A stretch of 64,000 bases of DNA from an uncultured bacterium (GTDB lineage Bacteria > Babelota > Babeliae > Babelales > Babelaceae). The DNA is taken from positions 184,384 to 248,383 of the forward strand of contig CAVXAV010000002.1 of NCBI GenBank assembly GCA_963759865.1. The letters run 5' to 3'. Positions 38,248-48,013 of the stretch are shown piece after piece; within the stretch, counting starts at the first letter, position 1; each line of letters begins with the position of its first letter. The translations under genes were made by a program, and so were the position numbers. The notes beneath the pieces are model-generated. The model was given only the letters and a program-made list of their open reading frames with translations. It searched no databases and was not told the DNA's origin.

Positions 38248-39087
38248 ATGCAGCATCCCTCTTTCTCTTTTATTACTTCATTCATCACCTTTCTCGCACA
38301 AGAAAAAAGAGCGAGCGAGCATACGCAATTTGCCTATAAACGGGATCTTGAACAATTTTTTCATTACGCAACGACAAGCAACTACCACGATCTTCAAAAA
38401 ACGGCAGAAAAATTTTTTGCATCGCTCACCGTTCAAGGAATAACCGCAAGCTCGATTGCACGTAAAATCTCATGCTTCAATTCTTTCAAAAAGTATCTCA
38501 AAAGAGAAGGAATTGCATTTCCCCTGGCAGTCAAACGCCCTCCCGTTTTGCTTGCAGATCCCCTTTCACTTCCCCTTAAGGACGTTCTTACTATTCTCGA
38601 TCTTGTAGGCATCGGTGACATCCCCTCCAAAAGGCCTTATCGAGATACAGCACTGCTCGAAGTTATTTATGCGACAGGAATTACTTGCCATGAAGTGGTG
38701 ACCATAGAAATAAATTGCATTGATTTTACTGAACAATCCATTATCATAAGAAATAAGAGAAAAAAAGAACGGAGCGTTCCTTTTGGTGCACAGGCAGCCG
38801 TAAGCATAAAAGCTTATATAGAAAACGAAAGAAAACCCATACAAAATGGTCACGAGAAGCTTTTTTTGAACCACAGGAACAAGCCATTAACGCCCCGATC
38901 GGTTCAAAGAATATGCCTTTTATTTAGACAGATATTGGAAAAAAAACGGAATGTAACACCCTCGGTTCTTCGTTCCTCATGTGCGGCACACTTGATCACG
39001 AATGGGGCACCTCTAGAACAAGTACAGGAATTATTGGGTCATAAAACACGTATAAGTACACAACGGTATAAAAAGGTACGCACCTAG
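38248..39087 (+). CDS. Tyrosine recombinase, XerC/XerD-like
   Basis: N-terminal SAM-like core-binding region (SEHTQFAYKRDLEQFF). Catalytic region includes RDTALLEVIYATG, LRSSCAAHLITNG, LLGH and the terminal STQRY tyrosine. Confidence 0.75.
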   Translation: MQHPSFSFITSFITFLAQEKRASEHTQFAYKRDLEQFFHYATTSNYHDLQKTAEKFFASLTVQGITASSIARKISCFNSFKKYLKREGIAFPLAVKRPPVLLADPLSLPLKDVLTILDLVGIGDIPSKRPYRDTALLEVIYATGITCHEVVTIEINCIDFTEQSIIIRNKRKKERSVPFGAQAAVSIKAYIENERKPIQNGHEKLFLNHRNKPLTPRSVQRICLLFRQILEKKRNVTPSVLRSSCAAHLITNGAPLEQVQELLGHKTRISTQRYKKVRT

Positions 39088-40815
39088 ATGGAATTACTTC
39101 CTCGAATCTTAAGCGCTCGGCTTAAAATAGTCACAGCTCTCGTTCTTATTGGGTTTGTGAGCATAGCACTCTATCTTTTTCATCTACAAATACAGCATAT
39201 GCAGCTCTTTTTTAACTTATCGCAGAAAAATTTTCTCCGGCAGGAAAAAGTTGCGTGCCCGCGGGGAAATATTATTGATATCAATGGTACTATCCTGGCC
39301 ACGAATCGGCCTGTTTATACAGTCTATTGGCAAGGGACGGGAGAAAAACATCTGACCCAAACTCAGCAGCAACTCATTACGACACTGATTTCTCTTTTTG
39401 AGTTACCGCACTCTTTTATGGCTCAAGTACGTAGTAGTGAACACAAATGTACTCGTATACTCGTTGCAGCCGATATTACGTTTGACCAGCTCACCTGCCT
39501 GCTTGAAAAATTTCCACATGAAAAGAATATTTTTCTTGAAAAGTCCTACAAGCGTTGCTATCCCTACAAAGATTTAGCATGCCATATTGTGGGATATTTA
39601 GGTCTTGACCCCGAATCAACAGGAAAGATGGGTCTCGAATTACAATGCAATAAAGTACTTAAAGGCCAATCGGGCAAAATAATAAAAATCATAAATTCTA
39701 TTGGCCGTCACATAGATGCGCATACGGTTTATAGCGGACTAGCCGGTAAAACACTCCAAACAACATTAGATCTTGAGCTTCAACAGATTGCTGAAGAAGT
39801 TTTCCCCCAAGAGTATGAGGGCTGCTGTTTAAGCATGGATGACCAAGGAGGTCTTGAAGTTCTGCTCTCTCGACCAACTTTTGATCCTTCAATGTTTCTA
39901 AGATCGATAAGCGAACCCGAATGGCACCACCTTCAAGAAAAAAAAGGATTTATCAATCGTGCCTTTAGTGCCTGTTATCCTCCCGCATCCCTTTTTAAAC
40001 TTGTTACTTTGTCTGCTGCTCTTGAAACGGGCCTTATCTTAACCAGTCAGCGTTGGCATTGTATCGGACATACAGAATTTAAAGGACGCAATTACCACTG
40101 CAATAACAGATCAGGCCATGGCATCGTCTCAACGGAACAGGCTTTAGCGCATTCCTGCAACATCCCTTTTTATGATATAGGTAAAAGAATCAAAATTGAT
40201 ACCCTGGCTGAGTATGCCAACCGCCTTGGGCTGGGCGTTAAAACGGGGCTCTTACTTCCCGAAAAAACGGGACTCATTCCCACACGCGCGTGGAAAAAAA
40301 GGGTAAAAAAAGAAGCGTGGTGGCCGGGTGAAACTCTTTCGGCTGCAATAGGGCAAAGCTCCTTACTGGTAACCCCCATCCAAGTAGCGACCATGATATC
40401 TGCACTTTCTACCGGTTACAAGGTACGTCCACGCATTCTTGTAGAAGAACCAGTGGTGAGAGAGCCACTTGATTTAGATGCATCAGTGCTTTCATTCTTA
40501 CAACAGTGCCTTACGTCAGTTATTAAACAAGGAACAGCGACTCATCTTAAACATCTTAACAACTTTAAAATAAGCGGCAAAACAGGTACGGCTCAAACCT
40601 GCTCTCTTGAAAAGCAGACCCTTGCAAAACGGCATCTGCATCATGGCTATTTTGTTGCTCACTTTCAGTATAAAAAAGAAAAGCCCCGCACTCTTATGAT
40701 CTTTGTTGAACATGCGGGCTCTTCCTTGGTAGCACTACGTATTGCACAACGATTTCTTACAAAATTTGCCCATCTTATGGACAAGCGCACTGCCCACATT
40801 CCCGCAGCCGCATGA
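39088..40815 (+). CDS. mrdA: Penicillin-binding protein 2 (transpeptidase)
   Basis: N-terminal TM anchor plus SxxK (ASLFK), SxN (HSCN) and KTG (GKTGTA) motifs. Confidence 0.85.
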   Translation: MELLPRILSARLKIVTALVLIGFVSIALYLFHLQIQHMQLFFNLSQKNFLRQEKVACPRGNIIDINGTILATNRPVYTVYWQGTGEKHLTQTQQQLITTLISLFELPHSFMAQVRSSEHKCTRILVAADITFDQLTCLLEKFPHEKNIFLEKSYKRCYPYKDLACHIVGYLGLDPESTGKMGLELQCNKVLKGQSGKIIKIINSIGRHIDAHTVYSGLAGKTLQTTLDLELQQIAEEVFPQEYEGCCLSMDDQGGLEVLLSRPTFDPSMFLRSISEPEWHHLQEKKGFINRAFSACYPPASLFKLVTLSAALETGLILTSQRWHCIGHTEFKGRNYHCNNRSGHGIVSTEQALAHSCNIPFYDIGKRIKIDTLAEYANRLGLGVKTGLLLPEKTGLIPTRAWKKRVKKEAWWPGETLSAAIGQSSLLVTPIQVATMISALSTGYKVRPRILVEEPVVREPLDLDASVLSFLQQCLTSVIKQGTATHLKHLNNFKISGKTGTAQTCSLEKQTLAKRHLHHGYFVAHFQYKKEKPRTLMIFVEHAGSSLVALRIAQRFLTKFAHLMDKRTAHIPAAA

Positions 40816-40869
40816 GCATAAAAAAAAGGACGAGTAAGTATCGCCCTCTTTTTAGAATCGTATCATCGT

Positions 40870-41148
40870 TTATGCAGGATGAGCTGCCTGATTAATTCTT
40901 TTAGCTAACCGACCCAGTTTACGAGCAGCCGTATTTTTATGCATAATGCCTTTACCCTTAGCCCGAGCAAGTTTTGCCGCTACATCGTTTAAAAGCTCCT
41001 GGCTTTTAAGTACATCGATTGATTTCCCTTCAAGAGAAGCTAACACTTTCTTAATCGCTGTTTTAATTGAGGTTCTGCGAGCTAGATTACGAATGCGTCG
41101 TTTTTCATTTTGTTTTGCTGCTTTTTTAGCAGATGAAGTATTTGCCAT
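40870..41148 (-). CDS. rpsT: 30S ribosomal protein S20
   Basis: MANTSSAKKAAKQNEKRRIRNLARRTSIKTAIKK is a typical S20 N-terminus. Length is 92 aa. Confidence 0.9.
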   Translation of the reverse strand: MANTSSAKKAAKQNEKRRIRNLARRTSIKTAIKKVLASLEGKSIDVLKSQELLNDVAAKLARAKGKGIMHKNTAARKLGRLAKRINQAAHPA

Positions 41149-41162
41149 GGATTGCTCTTACG

Positions 41163-41366
41163 TTAAACGATTTTTTGAACTTTTTGTGCTTTTACGCATT
41201 TTGTACATACCTTGCCCGCATGCACTTTTTTATCAGCACAGTCAGCAAAGGTAAAGCGCATTTTATGCACATTAGGGTACACCCACTTTTTTGTTCTATT
41301 ATTTGCGTGGCTTACAATATTGGCCACTTGTGGCCTTTTACCACAAACCGCACATATACGTGACAT
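41163..41366 (-). CDS. rpmB: 50S ribosomal protein L28
   Basis: [33 protein letters not shown] matches the L28 signature. ATG 41366 lies within the longer ORF 41163..41510 and is preceded by a GAAGG RBS. Confidence 0.85.
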   Translation of the reverse strand: MSRICAVCGKRPQVANIVSHANNRTKKWVYPNVHKMRFTFADCADKKVHAGKVCTKCVKAQKVQKIV

Positions 41367-41430
41367 TTTCCGACCTTTCTTCTGAACTCTATAATTACTT
41401 AGTGTACTAGAACTAGCGCTTTTTTCAATG

Positions 41431-43248
41431 TTACTGAAAAAGAAATTCTTCGCGTGGGGTAATTTCCAATAATTGATAAATTTCCCCAGCATACAATGTT
41501 TCTTTTTCAAGTAACGCCCGGGCCAAGGTTTCCAGCTTAGAACGATGCTCTGTTAACAAACTTACCACCTGCTTATAGCAGCTATCCATGATAGAACGGA
41601 CCTCCTCATCAATCTTACGTGCAGTTTCCTCTGAGTAGGTATATTCACCGTGTTCTTGTCGATAAATAACAGGGCCAAGCGCTTTTGACATTCCATATGA
41701 ACAAACCATAGCTCTGGCTATATCGGTTGCAGATACAAAATCGCTATACGCTCCTGTTTCAAGACGATTAAATATCAGCTCTTCAGCAGCACGCCCACCA
41801 AGAGCGATCATGATTTTTGCTGTCATTTCATCTTTTGAAATCGAATGTTTTTCTCTGTCAGGTAATGACCACGTCACACCAAGTGCCTTTCCTCGAGGAA
41901 TAATAGTAACCTTATGAAGAGGATCAGTCTCTGCCGGCAATAAAAGATTAACCAAGGTATGGCCCGCTTCATGATAGGCAGTAACTTCCCGTTCCTTTTC
42001 AGTTAAGATAATCGTCTTCATTTCTTTGCCAAGCGTAACTTTATCACGAGCTTCTTCAAAATCCGCTATCGAAACTGATGCTTGATTTGCTTTCGATGCG
42101 TTTATCGCCGCTTCATTAATTAAATTGCTCAGATCAGCACCCGTAAATCCAGGTGTTCCTCGAGCAATTCTATGCAAGTCAACGCTCTTATCAATTTTAA
42201 CCCCTTGTGCATGTACTCTTAAAATAGCTTCACGACTTGTAAGATCTGGATAAGGCACCTGCACGCGGCGATCAAACCGCCCCGGCCGTAAAAGTGCTTT
42301 ATCAAGCACATCAGGCCTATTAGTTGCTCCTACAATCACTACAGAAGTATTACTCGTATCAAATCCGTCCATCTCGGTAAGGAGTTGATTAAGTGTTTGT
42401 TCCCGCTCATCATGTCCGCCACCAAGACCCGCGCCTCTCTGACGACCAACAGCATCGATTTCATCTATAAATATAATGCTTGGTGCATGCCTACGCGCTT
42501 GAGCAAATAAGTCTCTTACACGTGCAGCGCCCACCCCTACAAATACCTCGATAAAATCGGATCCACTGACACTAAAAAAGGGACAATTTGCCTCTCCTGC
42601 TACTGCTTTTGCAAGCAACGTCTTACCATTTCCAGGCTCACCCACCAAGAGTACTCCACGGGTAAGCTTTGCTCCAAGTCGTTTATACTTATCCGGATGC
42701 CTTAAAAAATCGACTACATCGGACAATTCTTCTTTCGCTTCTGTAGCTCCCGCAACCGAATCAAAATTTACCTTAATTTGCGTTGGCATAAACATTTTAG
42801 CCTTGCTTTTACTCATGCTAAAAATGTTGCCCCCATTTCCCCCCGAACTACGTGATTGCCTAAAAAAGTACCACAGAGCACCGAGAGTAAAAAGAAAAGA
42901 CAGGAGATATAAAAATTGCCAGAACCCAAAATCTCCCGCAGGAGCAATATTGGTTTCAACATTATGTTCTTTGAGTAAATCCCAAATTTTAGGTGAATTA
43001 GGAATTACCGCCTCAAAGCGAGTCCTTCCATCCCGGTATACCCCTCTAACCTCGTTCCCCGTTACCTCAACTGCTTTAATCTGGTTCTGCTCAAGCTTCT
43101 TTAAAAACGCTGAATAACTAATATTTTCCGTCCTATGACTAAAATCGGCTAGTTTTAAAACAGCCAATAACGTAAGGGCAAGGAATAAGGCCACGAGGAA
43201 TACATTTCCTGGTCCGCCCCTAAACTGCTTGATATTTATTTTTTTCAT
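41431..43248 (-). CDS. ftsH: ATP-dependent zinc metalloprotease FtsH
   Basis: Two N-terminal TM helices, AAA module ([46 protein letters not shown]) and HEAGH zinc site. Confidence 0.95.
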   Translation of the reverse strand: MKKINIKQFRGGPGNVFLVALFLALTLLAVLKLADFSHRTENISYSAFLKKLEQNQIKAVEVTGNEVRGVYRDGRTRFEAVIPNSPKIWDLLKEHNVETNIAPAGDFGFWQFLYLLSFLFTLGALWYFFRQSRSSGGNGGNIFSMSKSKAKMFMPTQIKVNFDSVAGATEAKEELSDVVDFLRHPDKYKRLGAKLTRGVLLVGEPGNGKTLLAKAVAGEANCPFFSVSGSDFIEVFVGVGAARVRDLFAQARRHAPSIIFIDEIDAVGRQRGAGLGGGHDEREQTLNQLLTEMDGFDTSNTSVVIVGATNRPDVLDKALLRPGRFDRRVQVPYPDLTSREAILRVHAQGVKIDKSVDLHRIARGTPGFTGADLSNLINEAAINASKANQASVSIADFEEARDKVTLGKEMKTIILTEKEREVTAYHEAGHTLVNLLLPAETDPLHKVTIIPRGKALGVTWSLPDREKHSISKDEMTAKIMIALGGRAAEELIFNRLETGAYSDFVSATDIARAMVCSYGMSKALGPVIYRQEHGEYTYSEETARKIDEEVRSIMDSCYKQVVSLLTEHRSKLETLARALLEKETLYAGEIYQLLEITPREEFLFQ

Positions 43249-43342
43249 GCGAAACCTACTACTTTATTTAAAAACTGAATTGTGATTTGTATCAGTATAC
43301 AACTAATAGAGTTTTTTGTCGATAGGAGCGCCTCTTTTTTAG

Positions 43343-44668
43343 CTACCCTAGGGATACTGCTCCAACCATGGGCACCCGCTCGAAGACACCCGACCAGGCA
43401 GGGCAGGTGCAATAGTCATTGGCAGGGGTTAAGAAGGTCCTTTTTTTCATTGTTGCATGAATGATTGCAATGCGACTTTCCTTGCCTTGCTGATGGCAAT
43501 ATACAATATAATTGCCACAGGGGGACCAACAGCAATCAATTTTATGGCCTTGATCATGAGTAATTTGTTTCGTGTCTTTGGTACGCATATCGTAGGTATA
43601 TAATTGCATTATTCCCTGTACTTTCTTTGAAAAAGCAATTTTTTTTGTGCGCGGGCAATAACTTGGTCCGACGCAGTATCCTTCCTGGGTCAGAAGGCTT
43701 ATCGAGCGATCCTGCGCACGATAAAGACAGATCTGCGGCCCCGTTGCCTTTGGGTGATTTTTTCGGACTTTTCGGGAGTCAGAACAGAAAATTACATCAC
43801 CATTTTCAAGTAATGTCGGTGAAACATTATTTCCCTCATTTTTTATAAGAACAGCATGCTCGCTGCGCATTGCAGTTGGATCATAGGAGTATTGCCAGAT
43901 GGTCCCTGAACGGCAATAGACTGCTTTATTGTTATCCTGTGCAACAGAAATACCCACACAGGTTCCTGGAACATTGAGTACAATTTTTTTTCTTCGTTGA
44001 AAATTGGTTGAAATGAGCCGGACATTGGATCGCGTAAATTCAGAACAAAAAAGGCACGGATTATCTTCAGCTTTATTTCCCTTATCAAAATAGAGACCGA
44101 CATACGTACCTATCTTATCGATGAGCTCCTGTTCGTGTGATCCATCACTATTAATGACACAAACCACATGTCGCTGACGCTTTGAAGCTGATTGCTTTCG
44201 CTTTACGTAAGCTATCTTGGTTGAAAATGACCCCGGCTGTTTTGTAAGGATGGGCCACAGCTCATCAGCAAGATTATCTGCATAGCCATGCAAAAAGGTG
44301 CCTCTCTTTGCATAGTTCATTCCCTTTATAAGGTGGGCATCATGGACATCGTACAAACGCCAAGAAAAATGGGAATTGTCTTCCCGATTTAAAAAAATCT
44401 CAAGGGGATAGCTAGGATCTAAAAGTTTTCTTAAATCGGCCTGCGTAGCAGGCACTTGGTACCCTTTAACCGAAACCTTGAACTGGCCGCTCCTTTCAAG
44501 ATTATTTGCCAGCAAATGAGCAAGATCTGCCAATTCTTTATCACCCGCAGGAGTCACCGCAAGAAGGAGAGGTAATCGTTCAGTCCCCTCACCAGGAAGA
44601 CTTATTTCTAGAGGAGCCAAAAGCTCCTGCGCAGAAACAAGAAGCATAATGAACACGAGTTTTTTCAT
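43343..44668 (-). CDS. tolB: TolB-like periplasmic beta-propeller protein
   Basis: Signal peptide, TolB N-domain-like region, then propeller repeats ending WSPCGNYIVYC. It is positioned after tolQ, tolR and the tolA-like gene. ATG 44668 gives MKKLVFIML. Confidence 0.7.
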   Translation of the reverse strand: MKKLVFIMLLVSAQELLAPLEISLPGEGTERLPLLLAVTPAGDKELADLAHLLANNLERSGQFKVSVKGYQVPATQADLRKLLDPSYPLEIFLNREDNSHFSWRLYDVHDAHLIKGMNYAKRGTFLHGYADNLADELWPILTKQPGSFSTKIAYVKRKQSASKRQRHVVCVINSDGSHEQELIDKIGTYVGLYFDKGNKAEDNPCLFCSEFTRSNVRLISTNFQRRKKIVLNVPGTCVGISVAQDNNKAVYCRSGTIWQYSYDPTAMRSEHAVLIKNEGNNVSPTLLENGDVIFCSDSRKVRKNHPKATGPQICLYRAQDRSISLLTQEGYCVGPSYCPRTKKIAFSKKVQGIMQLYTYDMRTKDTKQITHDQGHKIDCCWSPCGNYIVYCHQQGKESRIAIIHATMKKRTFLTPANDYCTCPAWSGVFERVPMVGAVSLG

Positions 44669-44669
44669 T

Positions 44670-45548
44670 TTAACCACCGGCGCTTACTATTAGTTCTTTC
44701 TTTATTGCAAATTTTGTGACTGGGAAAGTCCCCTTTAAGAGGGCATCCTTGATAGCACTATAGATTGCCAAGGGCTCTGAACCTTTGGGGCTTATCGCCG
44801 TGGCCTTACCCTGTATAATTTCAAACGTAATAACAAAACTCTCATGATCATCAAATCCGGGGGGCCTACGGTAATGCCGTTGTATTTCTTGGACAATCCC
44901 ATTATCTGCCTGCCCAGACTCATCACTGACAAATTCTAAGCGCTCGGCAAGTGGCTCATCTTGCCCTCGTGCTCCTTGTATCTGGTTTGCAGGAAGAATC
45001 GGCTGCACGTTTTTATTGATAGGCTCTTGTTTTGTAACATCTTCTTGTTTTGGCATAGCTGGCTCTTTTACCTGAACGGGTATATCCTTTTTTTCTGCTT
45101 TTGCCCCAGGTTTTTTCTTTAAAGTCGTGTATTTTTTCTGCAGCTTGGAAAATAAAGGCATGTCACTTTTTGGCTGCGCTTTGCCCTCATCTTTCTGCTT
45201 TTGAAAAACTTCCTGTTTCTTACCTTGAGGCTGACTTTTTGCACAGACCTGCCGGGACTGTTGCACCTGCTCAGCTGGAGCTGCGGTCGTAGTTACTGGG
45301 GTGGTATCCACTGGAGTAGCAGCAAGTGCTGCAACGGGAACAGGCGTATGCTTTGCTTGTGCACGGGGCCCGGCCATACGTACAGGGGCCCCACCCTTTT
45401 TACCAAGCATAAGCGTTTGTGTGGAGGCAAAAAAGTCGCCTATAACTACCGCCAGTATAACGGCGATATGAAATGCCACTGATACAGCGATAATTTTGAT
45501 AAATAAAGAACCATCCTTGTCAAGCTCTTTCTGTTGAAAGAACCACAT
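44670..45548 (-). CDS. TolA/TonB-like energy-transducer protein
   Basis: N-terminal TM anchor (IKIIAVSVAFHIAVILAVVIG), a Pro/Lys/Ala-rich linker and a small C-terminal alpha/beta domain. Confidence 0.6.
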   Translation of the reverse strand: MWFFQQKELDKDGSLFIKIIAVSVAFHIAVILAVVIGDFFASTQTLMLGKKGGAPVRMAGPRAQAKHTPVPVAALAATPVDTTPVTTTAAPAEQVQQSRQVCAKSQPQGKKQEVFQKQKDEGKAQPKSDMPLFSKLQKKYTTLKKKPGAKAEKKDIPVQVKEPAMPKQEDVTKQEPINKNVQPILPANQIQGARGQDEPLAERLEFVSDESGQADNGIVQEIQRHYRRPPGFDDHESFVITFEIIQGKATAISPKGSEPLAIYSAIKDALLKGTFPVTKFAIKKELIVSAGG

Positions 45549-45942
45549 GTTCGACTCCCGCTAGATATTTTATCGAATCAATAACATGCATCAGAGTCCC
45601 CGAAGCGGCTTTCTTATCACAATGAACATAGACCGCACCTTCTTTTGAGCGCTTAACTTGAGTACTCAATTTTTCAAGAAGCACTTCAAGCGTTATAGGC
45701 TGATCGTTTAAGCGTAGTTTTTCTTGAGCATCAATAGAGACAATTATTGGTGTGCTCGTCGGGACCGCCGCTTCCTTCATATTTCCCTTTGGCAAATCAA
45801 TGGTGAGGGAATTTTTCATTATAGGGGTTGCCACCATAAAAATGACAAGCAAAACCAACGCCGTATCGATCAAGGGAGTAAGAGAGATCTCTGGCATATG
45901 TTTTGCAAGAGCCCGTTTGCTTAATTTTCTTCGCTGAATCAT
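45520..45942 (-). CDS. tolR: ExbD/TolR family protein
   Basis: ISLTPLIDTALVLLVIFMV is the ExbD/TolR TM motif. Length is 140 aa. Confidence 0.85.
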   Translation of the reverse strand: MIQRRKLSKRALAKHMPEISLTPLIDTALVLLVIFMVATPIMKNSLTIDLPKGNMKEAAVPTSTPIIVSIDAQEKLRLNDQPITLEVLLEKLSTQVKRSKEGAVYVHCDKKAASGTLMHVIDSIKYLAGVEHVVLSTERA

Positions 45943-45951
45943 ATTTTTCCT

Positions 45952-46659
45952 CTAAATTTCTCGAGAAGTCTCTTTAAGCGTTGCTTTAGTGTAAGGAGCA
46001 GTGGAAGAAAGCACACCCTTCATTATCCATAAGCAACTATCAGCAAGCTCTACGAGAGCTGATTCTAATTTTCGTACTAAGCCTTGCAAATAATTAAAAA
46101 GAACCAGCGCAGGAATGGCAACAACCAATCCACCCAACGTTGTAATAAGCGCCTCTGCGATACCGGGGGCAACCGCAGAAATATCAGCACTCCGTTGCTC
46201 TGCAATTCCCATAAATGCATGTATAAGGCCCCATACAGTACCAAATAAACCAATTAAGGGGGCTGCCTGAGCACTTGTAGATAGCAAGGGTATAAGAGAT
46301 TCTTCCTGGGCCATTGCCTCCTCAACCCGCTGACTCAAGGCAAAAGAAAGTGCATCTTTTTCTTGTGCGCCCTGTTCTTGCAATTTAAGCACTTTTTTAA
46401 AGTCGACAACAAAAAGAGCAAGCAATTCGCCAGCAAAAGTATTGTGGAGAACGGAGGTACGTGCCAAAAAATCATCAATCCCCTTAGTATTTTGAAGAAG
46501 TGTCATTGCTTGCTTAAGTTGTTTAAGCTTCGCCATAATGACCATTCTTTTATAAAAGGCAAATGCCCAACATACAATTGACATACCTACAAGAACGAGC
46601 AATACCCCTTTGCTCATAAGATCAGTCGTACTAAGTATCTGCCATAAGCTTACGTTCAT
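45952..46659 (-). CDS. tolQ: MotA/TolQ/ExbB proton-channel protein
   Basis: Three TM helices and a conserved C-terminal half (APLIGLFGTVWGLIHAF...VAPGIAEALITTLGGL). Confidence 0.85.
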   Translation of the reverse strand: MNVSLWQILSTTDLMSKGVLLVLVGMSIVCWAFAFYKRMVIMAKLKQLKQAMTLLQNTKGIDDFLARTSVLHNTFAGELLALFVVDFKKVLKLQEQGAQEKDALSFALSQRVEEAMAQEESLIPLLSTSAQAAPLIGLFGTVWGLIHAFMGIAEQRSADISAVAPGIAEALITTLGGLVVAIPALVLFNYLQGLVRKLESALVELADSCLWIMKGVLSSTAPYTKATLKETSREI

Positions 46660-46829
46660 CTTTTACCCCTTGTTTTTAACTTTATAGTGCTATTAAGTGT
46701 ACAAAACAAACATAAGAAAGCAAAGGTCCCTCAAAAATCATTAAGTCTCCGGGATGTTGACATTATTTCTTTATGGATTAAGGTAGTATATGTATGAATT
46801 AGTTTTTAACCCTTTATTCAGGAGATACT

Positions 46830-47978
46830 ATGAAAAATCTCTCATTAACAATACTTTTATTGCTATCGACCCCCTGGCTGAGCGCAATGGAGGTACTGCC
46901 CCTTGCAAAGACCGGACCAGAAACAAAGCAAAAACTTGACCCCGACAAACTGATCGTGAAACAAGATACCGAGTTGACTAAGGAGCAGGTAGAGAACTTA
47001 GATATTGACAGATTTCACTACACACATCTTATGCTTTTGTCGGATAAAACCGCCGAGTTATTTACTACTTCATTTAGAAGCAACAACGAACTATATAAAA
47101 GGCTTGGAAGTGAAAAGAAGCTGGAAGAGCAAGCACCAAGGCTTGAGCTTGAAAAGCAACTAAAGGCAGTACAAGAAGAACTGAAGGCTGCCAAAGAAGC
47201 TCTTGAACAAACAAAAAATTTACAGAAACTTGAAACAGAGCAAAATAAAAGACTTCAAGAGCAAAATAAAAGACTCGATGAACTTGAAAAGCAAAATAAA
47301 GGACTTCAAGAACTTGAAGAGCAAAATAAAAGACTTCAAGAAAAAATAAATAAAAAAAATAAAAATGAAAATAAGAGTTCTGTTTTTGGAGATTTTTATG
47401 AGGAATCCTATAATAAGGAATCCTATACCGTTGAACCCCTTCGACTCCTAGGTGCCCTAGATGAGTCGGACATCGAAGTTCTTACGAAAGCAAAAGAGAA
47501 GCTAGACGCTGAACTACTGACAGACACCAAAGTGGTCACCCCAGAGATCTTTGACAAAAAAGCTGAAGCTGCATTGAAGAAAGAAGTTTCTGAAAAGTTT
47601 ATAAATGAAACCATTAAGTATAGAGTAAATCAGGCTAAAGAGCAATTTAAGTCTATACAAAATGTGGCTGATCTCGATAATTTAAAGATTCAAGAGGGTC
47701 TAGCAAAACAAATAGAACAACTTGAAAATGAAATCGATGCCATTGAGAAAAAATTATACGCAAAGAATGCTCAAGCAGAGACTCACAAGTATGACGTTGC
47801 TATTCTTGAGCAGTTGAAGAAAAAGGTTACTCTTCAGGCTAAATTGGACGCATTACCTGAATTAGATAAGAATAAGAAATTATTCTGGGCAAATGTTTAC
47901 AAACACTTTGCAGCTCGAAAGAAAGCTCTAGAAGAAGCTCAGAAGAAAACTACACAACCGGAAACACAGACCAAGTAA
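46830..47978 (+). CDS. Secreted coiled-coil protein with QNKRLQE-type repeats
   Basis: Signal peptide (MKNLSLTILLLLSTPWLSA) followed by long heptad-like charged sequence. Nucleotide repeats of GAGCAAAATAAAAGACTTCAAGA lie at about 47230-47345. Confidence 0.65.
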   Translation: MKNLSLTILLLLSTPWLSAMEVLPLAKTGPETKQKLDPDKLIVKQDTELTKEQVENLDIDRFHYTHLMLLSDKTAELFTTSFRSNNELYKRLGSEKKLEEQAPRLELEKQLKAVQEELKAAKEALEQTKNLQKLETEQNKRLQEQNKRLDELEKQNKGLQELEEQNKRLQEKINKKNKNENKSSVFGDFYEESYNKESYTVEPLRLLGALDESDIEVLTKAKEKLDAELLTDTKVVTPEIFDKKAEAALKKEVSEKFINETIKYRVNQAKEQFKSIQNVADLDNLKIQEGLAKQIEQLENEIDAIEKKLYAKNAQAETHKYDVAILEQLKKKVTLQAKLDALPELDKNKKLFWANVYKHFAARKKALEEAQKKTTQPETQTK

Positions 47979-47987
47979 CTTTTTAGA

Positions 47988-48013
47988 AAAAGCCGGGATA
48001 AAACCCGGCTTTT
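47988..48013. terminator. Bidirectional terminator between the coiled-coil gene and cca
   Basis: AAAAGCCGGG-ATAAAA-CCCGGCTTTT. Confidence 0.65.
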
